NCBI RefSeq assembly: GCF_001194135.2
Contig: NC_068983.1
Span: 92,472,331 to 92,536,330 of the forward strand
Direction: 5' to 3'
DNA from: Octopus bimaculoides
Taxonomy: Eukaryota
DNA: 64,000 nt
Below are positions 22,320 through 35,602 of the stretch, one piece after another. A program made the translations under genes and the position numbers. Below the pieces are notes generated by a model. It was not told where the DNA came from. It made no database searches and saw only the letters and a program-made list of their open reading frames with translations. The number at the start of each line of letters is the position of its first letter. Position 1 is the stretch's first letter.

Positions 22320-25300
22320 TTGTTAAGCTATGCATGAAGATAATCACAAACAGGAGTGTCAAAGTATCATTTATTCCACTTCAGTCATCTATTTTGTGAA
22401 GGAGAATACAGTCAGCCATTTAAACTTGAGTCTCGTTTACTGCCTAACTGAAAGTGCCTTCTCTATGTGGACCAGCTCGATAGCTAGCTTGCAGTGACGG
22501 TCCTTGTCTACAGTGACTCTGTTATGAATTCATGGGTAATGTCCTACATAGCTCCCCCTCAGAACTGTTGACTGTCATCAGAACTGAGGTGTTATCACCC
22601 TACCTGTGCATGTAGTTACTTGGCTCTTTGGCGACTGTTTCTCAGGGGTTGGTGCGACTTGCCTTTGGCAGTCTCTGTTTGGTGGTTAAACTACTTGAAT
22701 AGAACTCATTATTGAGATGGGCCATTTTCAATATGTCAATGGAAACCATGTCCTGTCGTTCACCAATCAGGAGTTAAAATGACTTGACTCCTGTATGAAT
22801 CATTTCATATGGGCCATCATAGGGTGACTGAAGGGGTTTTCGCCATGCATCTCAACAAACGAACACAAACTTTGCCTTGTGGAGGTCATTTGGTGTGGAT
22901 GACCTAGGTGTACCATGAATTGACATGGGAGTTGAACATAGTTGGCTCATGCTGTCTCTCAGTTGCTCAGATGGGGCACCATACACCATTTCTGCAGAAG
23001 ATGTGTTGAGGTCTTCCTTCAGAGTGGTGTGGATTGCCAGCATCTCCCATGGAAGTTGGTCAATCCAGTTGGGCTTGTTAAGTATGGTTGTGAGGGGTTG
23101 GCCTTGGGTTAGTAGGCTGTTGTGTGTTTCATTGGGATGCTAAAAAATTCACAACATCATTCGACAGCTTCAAGGTGAACTGAGGTCCATGGGTGGATGA
23201 GTTGCTGTCTGGGACACCGAAACAGGTGACCCAGTTTGTGATGAAGGCGTGGGGGATTTCCTGTGTTTTTGTGCTGTGGAGAGATATAGCCTAATCCAAT
23301 GAGTGAAGCAATCCACTGTGGTTAGTAAGTATGAGCAACCTTGCAAAGGTGGTAGGGAACCAGGGAGGTTAGTGTTGATGTGGCTGAAATTGGCCTGTAG
23401 GGGTTTATAGCTGCCAAGAGGTGCTTTGGTATGTTGTTGGATTTTGACTTGTTGACAGGGGATACAGGTTTTGGTCCACTCCCCAATTTGCTTTGCCAGA
23501 TGAATTTGCATGATATCAGGTGCTGTGTGGCTCTGGTACTAGGTTAATGGGACGATTGGTCTTGGCTTCCTGGTGGATACATTGCAAAGTAGGGATACAT
23601 TGCAAAGTAGGAGCCAAAGTGCACATCCTGCAAGGAAAGGGAGGTGATGGTAGTGTGATAGGCCCTGATCTCATCATCTGTTTGGTGAACTATAGCCATA
23701 GCCTTCTAATGAAGACTTTCTGTTACTGAAGCTATATAGGTATCAAAGTAGATAGGGGCTCTAGGGAGTGCATCAGTGCCTGGGCTGCTTTTTCCAAATT
23801 ATGTATTGAATGTCTGTTGTGTACTCAAAAATGGCTGATAACTGTTGCTGCTGACATGCGGACTATGGCTCTGACGGCTTGCTCATAATGAAGATGAGTG
23901 GTTTGTGGTCTGTGAACACTGTGAAAGTGTGACCTTCAAGAAAATAGTGAAAGTGGCAGACACCTAGATGGGTGTCAAAAGTGCTATATTTTTGTTCAGG
24001 TGGTCATAGTTGTTGACTGAAGAAGGCTAGAGGTCACCACTGACCATTGATGTATTGTTCCAAAACTCCTCCAATGGCTGTGTCAATGCTGACATATGAG
24101 ATGAGAAAGCATGGTTGCTTTAGCAAGAGCTTCTTTTGTGAATTTCAAGGCTGAGGTCATTGCACTGTCCCACTCCGCCTGTCTTTTTGAACTTTCTCCT
24201 GACAGCAGTTTGTACAGGGGTCTCATCATTCTTGCTGTCAAGTGGATGAAATGAAGATAAAAGTTTACCATACCCACAAATTGGCACAGAGCCTCATTTG
24301 TGGTGGGGCATGGAAAGGACAGGATAGCTTTAACTTTTTCTGGTGTAGCACCTGCACCTGTGATACAATGTCCCAGGAAGTCAATTTCCTAACATCAAAG
24401 ACACACTTGGCAGGGTTGACTACCAAGCCATATTGTTCCAGTCTATCAAAAGGGATCACTAGGTGCTTCTTGTGTAGCTCCACATTTTGTCTTGTGACAA
24501 GGATGTCATCTAGGTATATAAAGACAAAATTTAGACCCATGCACACAGAATCCATCAAGCACGGGAAGGATTGTGCTGCATTTTTAATGCCAAAGTGTTA
24601 TGTAGAAGTTTTGTACAGTCCAAAAAGAGTGATCGCAACAGTTTTAGACACATCATCATCTCATACTGGTATTTGATGGTAACCTCAGATGAGATTGACC
24701 TTCAAGGAAAAAGAAAAACCCAGCTAACTGGATTGAGAAGTCTTATGTATGCAGAATGAAGTAGTGGTCAGGTGTTGTGTTCGTGTTGAGATGACAAAAA
24801 TCTCCACAAGGTCACCAACATCCAATGGCTTTTGGTTCTACATGTAGAGGTGATGACCAGAGATTGCTTGATTGGCAAATAATACCCAAAGTTTCCGTAT
24901 TGCTGAACTTGACCCTCATAATAGCAAGTTTGTCTGGTAGACGATGTGTGCAGCTGTGCAATGGAGGACCAGTGTGGTGCTTCGTTCCATGGCAGATTGT
25001 GAGATTCAGGCAGCTCACAAGGAGATTTGAGAATTCATTTTTAGTCTGAGAGACAGCTGTATATATGAGGGGCAGCAAATACAGATGCTGGGCTCACACT
25101 GATTTCTGCTTCTGTGTTGATTAGAAATCTTCATCCAGAGATCCTATCATAAACATACAGGAGCAGTTGATTGTGTTTGCCAGCCACCAGGTTGTTTAAT
25201 GGCAACTGACCCTGTGTTTCCTGGGGCTGATGACAAAGGGATCTTGAAGCTACATGGTCACTTCCACTTGGTAGCCTTTGTCCCAAACTTTGTGTGATAA

Positions 25301-26045
25301 AAACACAGATCATCTTGTGTAACTTCACCATACCTTGGGGCTGACCTTATGGTGTTGATTGTGTAACTCCACCAGACAAAAATTGCTTGTCAGCCACTGA
25401 CTGCCATAGGTCCTTGATGTTGGTCTGAGTTATGAGGGACTGGACCTTAGGTGACAATCTACAGAGAAATATCTCCCTAAACAAGGTTACTCATCAGTGG
25501 GTACTGATGCCAGCATCCAGTTCGTTAGCTCAAAAAGCTTGGAATTGCCTAATCCTTCCACATCCAGTGTCCTGGCTGCTGCTTCCTTTCATTAAGCCGA
25601 AATGTTTCTCTTTTGAAGTGGCATATTTGTGAGTAGCCAGCACTTGAGATAGGATGTCTAACACATTTGCTACTGTGTCCTCATCCAGTGCTGCTGTTAC
25701 ATATGAATATTTTGTCAGGTTGGAGGTGATCTTCTTTGTATGGACCTTTGATTCAACATGTGTGAACCTGAATTGCAGGAGCTTCAGTGTAACAGTGCTC
25801 TTGCTTGCCACATTTGTGTGTTTTCTATATAAAAATAGTCACAAACAAGCGTATGTTGGAGTATCACTTATTCCATTTCAGTTATCTACAATGTATGAGA
25901 GAGTACAATCAGCCATTTAAACCCAAGTCTCATTTACTGTCTAACCAGAAGTCCCTTCTCACTGTGAACTAACTCAATAGCTAGCCTACAGTGAAGGTCC
26001 TTGTCTACAGTTCATCTGTTAGAAATTCACAGACAACGCCCTACA
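22320..26045 (-). mobile_element. Decayed Ty3/Gypsy LTR retrotransposon, CsRn1-like, internally deleted
   Basis: LTRs about 22320-22548 and 25815-26045, each starting TGTAGG on minus; PPT GAGGGGGAGCTA at 22549-22560. Gag KITSNLTKYSYVTAALDEDT, RT WSSPLHV and YLDDILV, integrase CIPCQQVKIQQHTKAP. Confidence 0.88.
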
Positions 26046-26450
26046 ATGGACTCAGTGCAACAGATTAGCTACTGGGAGAAGTTAAAAGAGCTAAAGTTCT
26101 GCTCCCTAGAAAGGAGGTGCAATTATATGCCATGATATACATACAGAAGATCCTGCAAGAATTTTGGAACTGAAAGTTTTACCAACCACCAAACTGGATG
26201 ACAATGCAGAGTATCAAAGATCCCATTTTCTCCATCTAGAATCAAGACCCAATACTGTAAGAGCTTGAGTTTCAAGGGTCAACAACTATTCAACATTATG
26301 TCAAACAGTCTCAGAGATTTGTGAGGTGATGTAGAATTCTTCAAAGAGCATCTGAACAAATTTTAATCTGACTTATGACATGAACCCAGATCATGGCAGG
26401 AGGCACAAAGAAGAACAGCTCCATCCCAATTCACTATTTCACCATAAACT
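26046..26450 (+). mobile_element. 3' continuation of the CR1/L2-group LINE
   Basis: SYWEKLKELKFCSLERR is the expected ORF2 C-terminal motif, resuming after the Gypsy. Confidence 0.7.
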
Positions 26451-26535
26451 AATATATATATATATATATAACCTTAGGTTCTGGTAGGGTATAAAGGTAG
26501 AGTATTTCCAGAAAAGCACTCAACCTGAATTACAG

Positions 26536-26691
26536 GTAAGTTCACCACCATCAATTCACTGTGAAGAAAGTTCACCGCAAGGAAAGTTGACTGAGAAAAT
26601 ATACCCATAGTATCTCACTATTTTATTGAAAAAAATTTTGAATTGATGATGGTGAACTTTCCCTGCAATGAATTGATGACAGTGAACTTAC
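26536..26691. mobile_element. Small imperfect foldback element (GTAAGTTCAC... termini)
   Basis: Inverted arms gtaagttcaccaccatcaattca / tgaattgatgacagtgaacttac; no clear TSD. Confidence 0.55.
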
Positions 26692-26879
26692 TGGACTTGC
26701 TCAGCCTGTGCTCTGGGCTATCAACACTATTGGATTTGAGACTAATACCAAAATTCTTCAAGTGTAGAAAATCCTGGTTTCGCGATGGTAAAACTGTTGT
26801 GTGGGTGTAGTGAAGAGTAAACTAAAATCCAAATAATAAGAAAACAAAGAAATCCAAATAATAAGAAAACAAAAAATTC

Positions 26880-27516
26880 GGCACTGTCATGCTATTAGCT
26901 GTCAGAAGTGAAAGTGCTCACTGCTAGTGAAGTATCTGTCTGTCTGCCTGCATGCCTGTTGCTGTGTCCGTCTGTCTGTCTGCCTGCTGGTTTGAGTTGA
27001 TACTTTGGCTTACTTACTTACTGATATCTATCTACTATCTATCTAGCTATCTATCAATCACTCGTCCACCTTATTAGAAAACACAAATTTAATATAAAAA
27101 CATATTTCCTGAAATTGCAAATTATTTAAAATATAAAAATATAATTTTCAACAGAGAGAATTTATCAAAATAGAAAACAAATGAAGTTTGAAGTTTAAGA
27201 ATAATAGGATCGACCACTCACGACTAGCTAGCGCGGACGCGCGACTGCGCGTTCTGGACCACTCTGCTTTAGTAGTACCCTTATACTCTGTGTGTTTTCA
27301 AACGCATGGATATAGGTGTCAAATTTGTTCCAATAACTTTCGAGTAATAGATAGAGAGAGAGACAGACAGACATATAGCTCGCTCCGGCCAGTCATGGTA
27401 TTAGCTGTCAGTAGCCAAAGAATCGACAGGCCAGCAACAGGCATGCAGGCAGACAGACAGATACTTCACTAGCAGTGAGCACTTTCACTTCTGGCAGCTA
27501 ATAGCATGACAGTGCC
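26880..27516. mobile_element. Young MITE with ~88-bp TIRs and an 8-bp TSD (Merlin- or Mutator-like)
   Basis: TIRs begin GGCACTGTCATGCTATTAGC with one mismatch by eye; TSD AAAAATTC at 26872-26879 and 27517-27524; CpG-retaining interior. Confidence 0.85.
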
Positions 27517-27528
27517 AAAAATTCATTA

Positions 27529-27749
27529 CAATTGTTTCTGTACCAACTCTGCTTGCAACAAAAGTTTATACAAAAATTTGAAGTGAAAATTTATGTAATA
27601 TTTGCAGTTTTAAACATTAGTGTGGCACCTTTAATGCAAGTCTGATGAAGTGCTACTATAATGTCTAAAACTGCAAACATTATGTGAATTTTCACTTGGA
27701 AATTTTGCTTAAACTGGCATTGCAAGCAGAGTTGGTACAGAAACAATTG
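27529..27749. mobile_element. Tc1/mariner-superfamily-type foldback MITE
   Basis: TA at 27527-27528 and 27750-27751; about 30-bp perfect TIR CAATTGTTTCTGTACCAACTCTGCTTGCAA plus imperfect inner palindrome. Confidence 0.75.
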
Positions 27750-27822
27750 TAACAAATCATTACAGATGTGTTAAAGGATTTCTTTGTCTTCTTATATATA
27801 TATATATATATATATATATCAT

Positions 27823-28570
27823 CATCATCATCATCATCATCGTTTAACGTCCGCTTTCCATGCTAGCATGGGTTGGACGATTTGACTGAGGACTGGTGAA
27901 ACCGGATGGCAACACCAGGCTCCAGTCTGATTTGGCAGAGTTTCTACAGCTGGATGCCCTTCCTAACGCCAACCACTCAGAGAGTGTAGTGGGTGCTTTT
28001 ANNNNNNNNNNNNNNNNNNNNNNNNNNNNNNNNNNNNNNNNNNNNNNNNNNNNNNNNNNNNNNNNNNNNNNNNNNNNNNNNNNNNNNNNNNNNNNNNNNN
28101 NNNNNNNNNNNNNNNNNNNNNNNNNNNNNNNNNNNNNNNNNNNNNNNNNNNNNNNNNNNNNNNNNNNNNNNNNNNNNNNNNNNNNNNNNNNNNNNNNNNN
28201 NNNNNNNNNNNNNNNNNNNNNNNNNNNNNNNNNNNNNNNNNNNNNNNNNNNNNNNNNNNNNNNNNNNNNNNNNNNNNNNNNNNNNNNNNNNNNNNNNNNN
28301 NNNNNNNNNNNNNNNNNNNNNNNNNNNNNNNNNNNNNNNNNNNNNNNNNNNNNNNNNNNNNNNNNNNNNNNNNNNNNNNNNNNNNNNNNNNNNNNNNNNN
28401 NNNNNNNNNNNNNNNNNNNNNNNNNNNNNNNCCCTCAACTGTTAGGGTGTGGCACTTTTTCACGCAGCTATCCTCCTCCATTCTCACCACATGTCCATAC
28501 CAGCGCAATCGTCTCTCTTGCACGCCACAACTGATGCTTCTAATGTTCAGCTTTTCTCTCAAGATACTTA
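27823..28570 (-). mobile_element. RTE-type LINE 3' end spanning an assembly gap
   Basis: ORF2 end VQERRLRWYGHVVRMEEDSCVKKC plus the (GAT)n tail. Confidence 0.85.
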
Positions 28571-28587
28571 CATATATATATATATAT

Positions 28588-28624
<37 letters not shown>

Positions 28625-29543
28625 GCATGGTTAATTAGCTTGTTTCTCTACAACATTGTTTCAGTTTGACTCTCACTGCATGACACCTTGGACAATTTTC
28701 TCAATTCTCTACTACTATAACATGTAGGCAATAAAAGGCTTTTGAGTGAATTTTGTAGACAGAAACTGAAAGAAACCCATACTATATATGTGTGTTTGAA
28801 TGTGTCTGTGTGCATGTCCCTGTGTATGTGCCTCTCTTCTGGCATGGTTGTGAATGAGTGTCAGCATCATACAAACAAGGCCTTGTGTTTCCAATTAAAA
28901 TCATTCCTGGCCATGGAGAAACATTACTGTGTATGAGAACAGGTGAAGGTTGAAAACAGGACATCTCAAATTTTTGTCTGATCTATACAAGCATGGAAAA
29001 CTGGTTAGAAAAATAATAACATTTTTTTTTGTCTTTAGTTAGTAAGTGTTATTTCCTAATTGCTTTTCTCCAGAAATCAAAAGAAATGACAATTATTCCC
29101 TTCAAATGTCACTTGTGACCTGGACATTGATGTTTTGAAACTGACCTACTTTCCATTACATTTCAAACAGATTCAGCACCAAGTTGCTGAAGCAGAAATA
29201 TCATTGTAGCAAATATTCTGCTCAATACTACAGATTTGCTTGTCAGTTGCTTGACCTTAACTACCTGAGCATGTCTCTTAGTGGTTGACAATATGTGCAT
29301 CTCTGCTCATGAGCAGGAGTTTTGAGAGAGCATTATACCCATATGTTGAGAGGGCATTTTGGGGGTTTGAATAAATCTAACAGAAGCAAAGTTTGAAGGA
29401 AACATTAGCCATTTTACATACTTTCTAGGAGTAAGCAAACAGGAAATAACAGTTGCTAACCAAGAACAAAAATCATGTTACACAGTGTAATTATATCATC
29501 AGCAGAATTTCATGCCTATTTTCCATGCTGGTATGAGTTAGAC

Positions 29544-29874
29544 CAGGGCTGGCCAACCTGAGGCCCACAGGCTGCATGCAGCCCACAGACTTTTATCTTT
29601 TGGCCCACTTAATACTTTCTTGAAATGGATTTATTTAAACAAACATTTAAAAAATTTTATCAAAAATTAAATATTGTAATGAAAAGTAAAAAAGTAAGAT
29701 ACTATTGTTTTTGTAACAATAATATTTCATGTTGAATCAACAATCATTCATTCATTATTGTAATGAAAGTATGAGAATGCAAAATGCTTTCAATTCTGTC
29801 AGTATACAAGCATCCCTCAAAAAACTTTCTGTGATTAAAGTGGCCTGCAATGTAATTTGAGTTGGTCAGGCCTG
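29544..29874. mobile_element. hAT (Charlie-like) MITE
   Basis: TIRs CAGGGCTGGCCAAC / GTTGGTCAGGCCTG; 8-bp TSD AGTTAGAC (29536-29543) versus ACTTAGAC (29875-29882). Confidence 0.75.
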
Positions 29875-31399
29875 ACTTAGACAGTTTGACAAAATCTAGT
29901 GAGCTCCAATATTAGCTTTGGCATGGTTTCTACAGCTGGCACCCCTTCCTAATGCCAACCACTTTATAATTTTTACTGAATGCTTTTCATCATGCCATTG
30001 GCATGGGTTAAGTCACCAGGTGACTTGTAAGACAAGAAAAGACTAGGAAAAAGGAAAAAGCCCCCTCAATTAAGTGGGGATGAGTATTTGAGAAGTGTTG
30101 AAGAAGTACCTCAGTGGGAGGTGGCTTCATACCAGGTGTGGTGAGTATAAAGGATGACAGAGGGACAAACCCAGGTGTTTTGTTATAGAGGATACATTGC
30201 TTCTCTGTATGATATAAGGGTGGGTGGGAGTAGCTGGAAAGAAGGTAAAAATGATGGTGATAAGATGCCAGAGCATTTTGAGATACAAGAAGGTGGATGT
30301 AAGAGAGGATAAAAACAGTGAATCAGTGGAGGAAAGGAGAAGTGTTATAGGAGTCTGATGGGACAGTAACAGATAGTTAGAAATGCGGTTAAGGTGAATG
30401 TAGTGGGTGATGAACAAGGGTGGATGTGCACATAAAGAGAAATTCCAATATGGAGAAAGGGTACAGTATGAGAGATAAAAATAGCTCAATGAGGAATGGA
30501 CCTGAAACAGGGGAGATGAATGTGCAAGGTGTAGGAGTGTTGGGGAGGGAAATGTAGAGGTACATAATGAGGGTTATAGTAAGGAAGTATTTTGGAAGAT
30601 ATGTGTGGGCATTGAGAATAATAGCAGATACAAGATGTATTTAGATGGAGTATGGCAGAGGACCATGTGTGATTGGTAGAAATAGTGTGGGAAGGAATAA
30701 TAATAAAAATGAGAGATAGAAATGGTCCCAGATGTGGAGAAGGAACGTAAATGCCAGCACAAAGAAAGCAAGAGATGTAATTTGTGCCAATTCTACTCTC
30801 AAGTGATTGCAGCAGCTGAGTAATGCTAAAGATAGAGGAGTGATTGGTGGTATTGGATGAGATGTGGAGAATACTTGATAACTGGGCAGAAAAGGTGAAG
30901 GAGCAAGGTGCCCTCACACACACACACACACACACAAGTGAACCATCATCCATGTGGACACATTTCTCTTTTTTTCTTTTGATTCGTACACTACTAACGT
31001 TCTTCAAAGAAGAAAAAAGCACTCGTTCTATGAATTTCCTCTAGATTGTAATTGTTTCTGATGAAATATCTCACTTCGTAAAATAATGTGTAAAGAACAA
31101 ATTCACTGTTTCTATCATGGTGACAATCTCTAAAAAGAATGAAATAGTTAACCGCTAGAATTCATATTAAGTAAACCCCACCAAAAAAATTTAGACGTGA
31201 GTTATATGCATATTTTTCCTCATAATTCCTTAATTTTTAATTCAAGTTTCTAATCCTGCCTCATATTATGAGGAAATTATCATCTCCATTGTGATAGCTA
31301 CTATTACTAGGGAGACCATATTTATTTGAAAAGTTCATGCTGTAATTTCACAAGAATCCATTTTAAATTGTTGACAAAGTCAAGGCATGTGTGTTTATG

Positions 31400-31880
31400 A
31401 ATAGTTACCCATTTGACAATCCCACCAAGTTTTTTGGGTGAAGTCCTACTTTGGAGGTTGTTTGTGGAGGCCTGAGGCACTTCTTCAATGATTATTCGCA
31501 TTTAATAGTTTTAATTTCTTGTTATCGTAAAAAAAAAGGGTTGTTTTCTTCACATTTGTTCAATAAATTGCAGATGGAAATCCATTGGACAAGGACAGCC
31601 TTATTCAATTGATGTGAGACCCAAACATTGAACCTGCTGATGTAATCAAGTTGATGCAGATGGTTTTCAACACTTGATTTGGATATCTGGAAAATATCTG
31701 TGATCATCTTGGTTGTATAATGGGAGTTTATGTCCACTAACTCCTTCATTTTGTTACTGTTAATTACAGTTGCCTAACCAGAATGAGGTGCATCTTGAAC
31801 TGAAATATTTCCTAATTGAAATCTTAAAAACAACTTCTGGCACACACCTTTTTTAACCTGGGTATTAGTGGTGTCTGTAT
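31400..31880 (-). mobile_element. Mariner transposase fragment
   Basis: SKSSVENHLHQL, VWVSHQL and PPQTTSKVGLHPK remnants. Confidence 0.8.
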
Positions 31881-32039
31881 CCTTTTCCTTTCCTTCCAGG
31901 TTGGGTAGGCTGATATTCAACTTGAATTTCTAAGAGTAATGCCTACAGGCGAGTTCCAAAATGTTATAGTTCTAAACAGAAAGGATTCAGCAAAATGTTT
32001 AGTGTGAGGTTTGGTTGTATGTCTGATGAAAAAGCTTTG

Positions 32040-32945
32040 GCAGAGTTGGCACATTGTGTTCCGGTTTAGAGAAATAAAAGGCGTTGTTAACTTAGCAAAG
32101 ACAAAAGTTGTGTTATTAAAAAAGCAGATAATTCTCTCCTTCTGTCAGGTAAATGGCCTTGCTCAATATGTAGGAAAGGAATGGGACGTAATTCTATTTG
32201 CTGCATCAAGTGTAAGCTTGGACACATAAGAGATGCAGTGGAATGTTAGATAGGTTAACAGATAAGGCTGCTTTCATGTGTGGCAGATGCACTAGAACAA
32301 TAGGCACTAAGGGCACAAGGGACTTAAACTCTCTAAAATGCCCAGGAGGCTCTCTTGAGGTAATAGATAATTTGTGCTATTTAGGTGACCAAATTAGTAA
32401 AGGTGGTGGATGCTCTGAAAGTATTGCTTCTAGAATAAGAATAGGATGGAAGAAGTTTAGAGAGCAGCTACCTCTGTTGACAGCAAGAGAACTCTCTCTC
32501 AGAGTGAAAGGCAGATTGTATGATGCCTGTGTGAGAACAGCTATATTACATGGTAGTGAGACATGGGCTATGACTGCAGAGGACATGCACAAATGGAGAG
32601 GAATGAAGGTAGTATGCTCTGTTGGATTTGCAACATCAGTGTGCATGACTGACAAACCACAACTGTGTTGAGAGAAAAATCAGGTATAAGAGTATTAAAT
32701 GTGGCATGCAGGAGAGGAGAATGCAATGGTTTGAACATGTGATGCATATGTGTGAAGACAGCTGTATAAAGAAGTACCTGTCACTGAAAGTGGATCGTAC
32801 CTGTGGAAGAGGGAAACCCAGGAAGACATGGGATGAAGTGATGAGAACTGATCTTAGGATGTTGAGGCTCATGGAGGAAAAGACAATGGACCAAGATGTT
32901 AGGTGATATGAGGTTCAAGAGAAGACCCGTTTGTGTCAGTGAAAC
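32040..32945 (+). mobile_element. RTE-type LINE ORF2 3' fragment
   Basis: VNLAKTKV, FMCGRC, CYLGDQI, LHGSETW, GRGKPRKTW motifs. Confidence 0.88.
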
Positions 32946-33160
32946 TGAGTGCTAGAAGAGTTGTGCCCCATCCACATGTAACAATGAACTTTTCACACTC
33001 CTTACCCCAAGAAACCAAACTACATCTCTTCTAAACAGCATCTTTCTCTTCCTCACATTTCCTCTTCATAAACTATGATTGTCTTTCAGCCCCCACCTCT
33101 CTCCCAAGATGCAGCATTAACTACAACCATCTATTTTTCTCCCCTATTTTTTTACGGTAG

Positions 33161-33229
33161 TTATCAGAACAGCAACAGATGCCACAGACACAGCTGAGGA
33201 ACGAAATCATTGATCAAACCATTCCTCCA
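33161..33229 (+). CDS. Probable downstream exon of the Scribble-like gene (LSEQQQMPQTQLRNEIIDQTIPP)
   Basis: Strong polypyrimidine tract + acggtag, donor gtgagt at 33230; 69 nt, phase 0/0, open. No domain match, so the link to the gene is inferred from strand and phase. Confidence 0.65.
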
Positions 33230-33339
33230 GTGAGTTACCTTTGTTATTGTTTCTTCATCATTACCAGTTTTTCTTATCAATATTATTGTTTAACAACAAC
33301 TTCATTATGCCATTACCATCATCATTTACTTCTTATCAC

Positions 33340-33580
33340 TGAGCTGGATGTATATGGCTTTGTGGTTAGGCTATGGTCTTGAGATTGTGGGTTCATTTCA
33401 TGGACTGAGCAATGCATTGTTTTCTTGAGCAAAACACTTCATTTCATATTGCTCCAGCCCTCTTAGCTGTTAAAAATGAGCAATCCTGTGACAGACCAGT
33501 GTTCTGTCTTATTGGGGGAATATATGTACCATAGAATCTGGAAAACCTGCTTTATGAGCCTATGGCTCAGTAAGGATCTT
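33340..33580 (+). mobile_element. tRNA-type SINE (second family)
   Basis: Resembles 60349-60660 (gtggttag...ttgagcaa.acact...gctccag). Confidence 0.55.
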
Positions 33581-33725
33581 AGATCCTTTTGACTAAGCTG
33601 GGTGGCATGAGCAATTTCAAAAGATTTTTAAAATCTTACTCACTCATTCTCTCTCTCTTCACCCCATTTGTCTGTTTGTCTATCTACTGAATTTTACTGT
33701 TTCATGCATTTTTTGTATTATATAG

Positions 33726-33815
33726 GTAGAAAGTGTTACTCTAGAAACTGCCTCTGTAACCCTTAGAATGCCAGATGTTGGTCCCATTATTCAAAGGGCA
33801 CCATTTCCTAATTTA
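33726..33815 (+). CDS. Probable downstream exon (VESVTLETASVTLRMPDVGPIIQRAPFPNL)
   Basis: Acceptor tattatatag, donor gtgagt at 33816; 90 nt, phase 0/0, open. Confidence 0.65.
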
Positions 33816-33954
33816 GTGAGTATTTCTTTCTTTTCCTTTTAATTCTATCATTTTCCCCTTTTTAACTTTTACTATTTAATTATTAGTTGAGAGTAGTTCG
33901 GGCACTGGACTACTGCTAAAATATCCACATTTTCAAATCTCTGTAAAATGATAG

Positions 33955-34538
33955 CAAATTTTGGTTTGATAGAGGGATGGACAAGCAAAAAGTCTGTGTG
34001 AAATTCCAAAGACAAAATATATATTTATCATTTACAAAAATGTTGTTGTTGCAATAAATGATAGAAAACAGGTGTCTGAACCAAGTGAATCAGTCATGTG
34101 TGTCCATGAGTCAGTTTGTGTGTGTCTGCAATAACAGTAGCTCTGAGTTCTGTATCATGACCCACTGACTAGCTAGTAGGCACCCCCGTCTGTGTATATA
34201 CATACATACATGCATGCATGCATACATACGTGCCTGCATATAGCTAATATCTGTCAAAGAAAGGGCTCCAAAAACAAAATTGTTAATTGTTATGTTGTTT
34301 GTCCCAAAAATGCTTGTTTACAACTCTGGGATTCTGCTGATTCTATTGTCTTTTCTCTGGTCAAACTGGTTACTAATAAAAAGCAAGTTTTTGATGCATT
34401 TATCAGAAAGTTGATAATGTTATCAATCCTTAACATCATCCTGTTTATTGCTTTTTTTTTTTACATCTGGACACAGTGATTGGGGTTCAATCCTGAGGCA
34501 CTAAGTTTGTGTTTAGGACTGTCAATATTCCTGTTACA
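33955..34538 (+). repeat. First copy of a ~580-bp dispersed direct repeat
   Basis: Colinear with 35603-36202 (atcatttacaaaaatgt, gactagctag.aggcac, ctgtcaaagaaa, gtttgtgttt). Confidence 0.75.
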
Positions 34539-35602
34539 GGACTTCCCTGCCAGTGAAATGACTGGTAATGGTGAATTGAATGAAATGAGAAAAGTGCAGG
34601 GTTTGTTTGTGTAAAGTGTGTACCAGAATATGTATAGGATGGGTGAATGCAAGAATAGGAGCACTGGTTAAATTGCACAGATGGTGAGCAGGTGGCCTGA
34701 CTGAATAGAGCTACAGTATTGACAGAAGACTTTTTTTGTGCACATAGCAATACTGTTTTATATTTAAAACATTGTAAAAGCTTGAGGTTTGAAAACCTAC
34801 AAAGCTAGGGGTGTGAAAAATATGCAAGGAAAACTAGAATCATAGTTGACTATTTGGCCAGAATATAATTTAAAAGTACTTGGTAAGAAGATCTGAAGAT
34901 TTGAGAATTGAGAATACATATATGTATATGAGTTAGTTTTATTTAACCAAATGTTTGAGTGAGTGACTTGTGCATAGTCATGTGCATTTATGCCTGTGAG
35001 TTGGTGCAATATATACCTGTAGGTCAGTAGTTGTTTGCATATTCATGTGAATCTGAATAGGAACTTCATAGTGAACCAATTCAGCTATTTTCCCTGCTTC
35101 TAAGCAAAAGCAGCTGAAGTTGATTGTAGTAATTTTATGTATGCTGCTAGTAATGATTTTGTTTATGAGATACCTGTATTCTTATTATGTGTGTGCTAGA
35201 TACCTGAATTTATGTGAAATGTATGTGAATGTATACATGTTGATGTTTGTGCAATATATACATATTCAGATGTATGCATGTGAAAGTAGAAAGAAGGTGA
35301 AATCAGTAAAAAGTATTATTATTATTTTTTTTATGCAAGAAAAGGAGTTTACTGGTTGCTTTGGTGGGTATTTATATTGTTGGTGGTCTGCTATGTTAGT
35401 GTTCTTTTGGAAGTTGATGAAAATCTGTGTAGTGTTTTTGAGACAGTGTATTGACAGGCTGTGAACATAGAAAAAGATCACTGATGGAAAAGAAATTTAC
35501 AGAGAAAGTTTCACCAACATGGTAGTGTTGTTTTGAGAGTTGCTTCGTACATTGAGAAGTTGTATAGTTTTCTTGAGACTGGATCACCATTGTAATATAG
35601 AA

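Noticed and set aside
27896-28628. Long ORFs in the ORF track here and at 47877-48947 and 56154-56914
   Set aside because: Open only because they run through N-gaps.
30100-30950. Purine-skewed tracts here and at 45800-46560 and 58620-59400
   Set aside because: Probably very old repeat remnants, but no diagnostic motif could be read.
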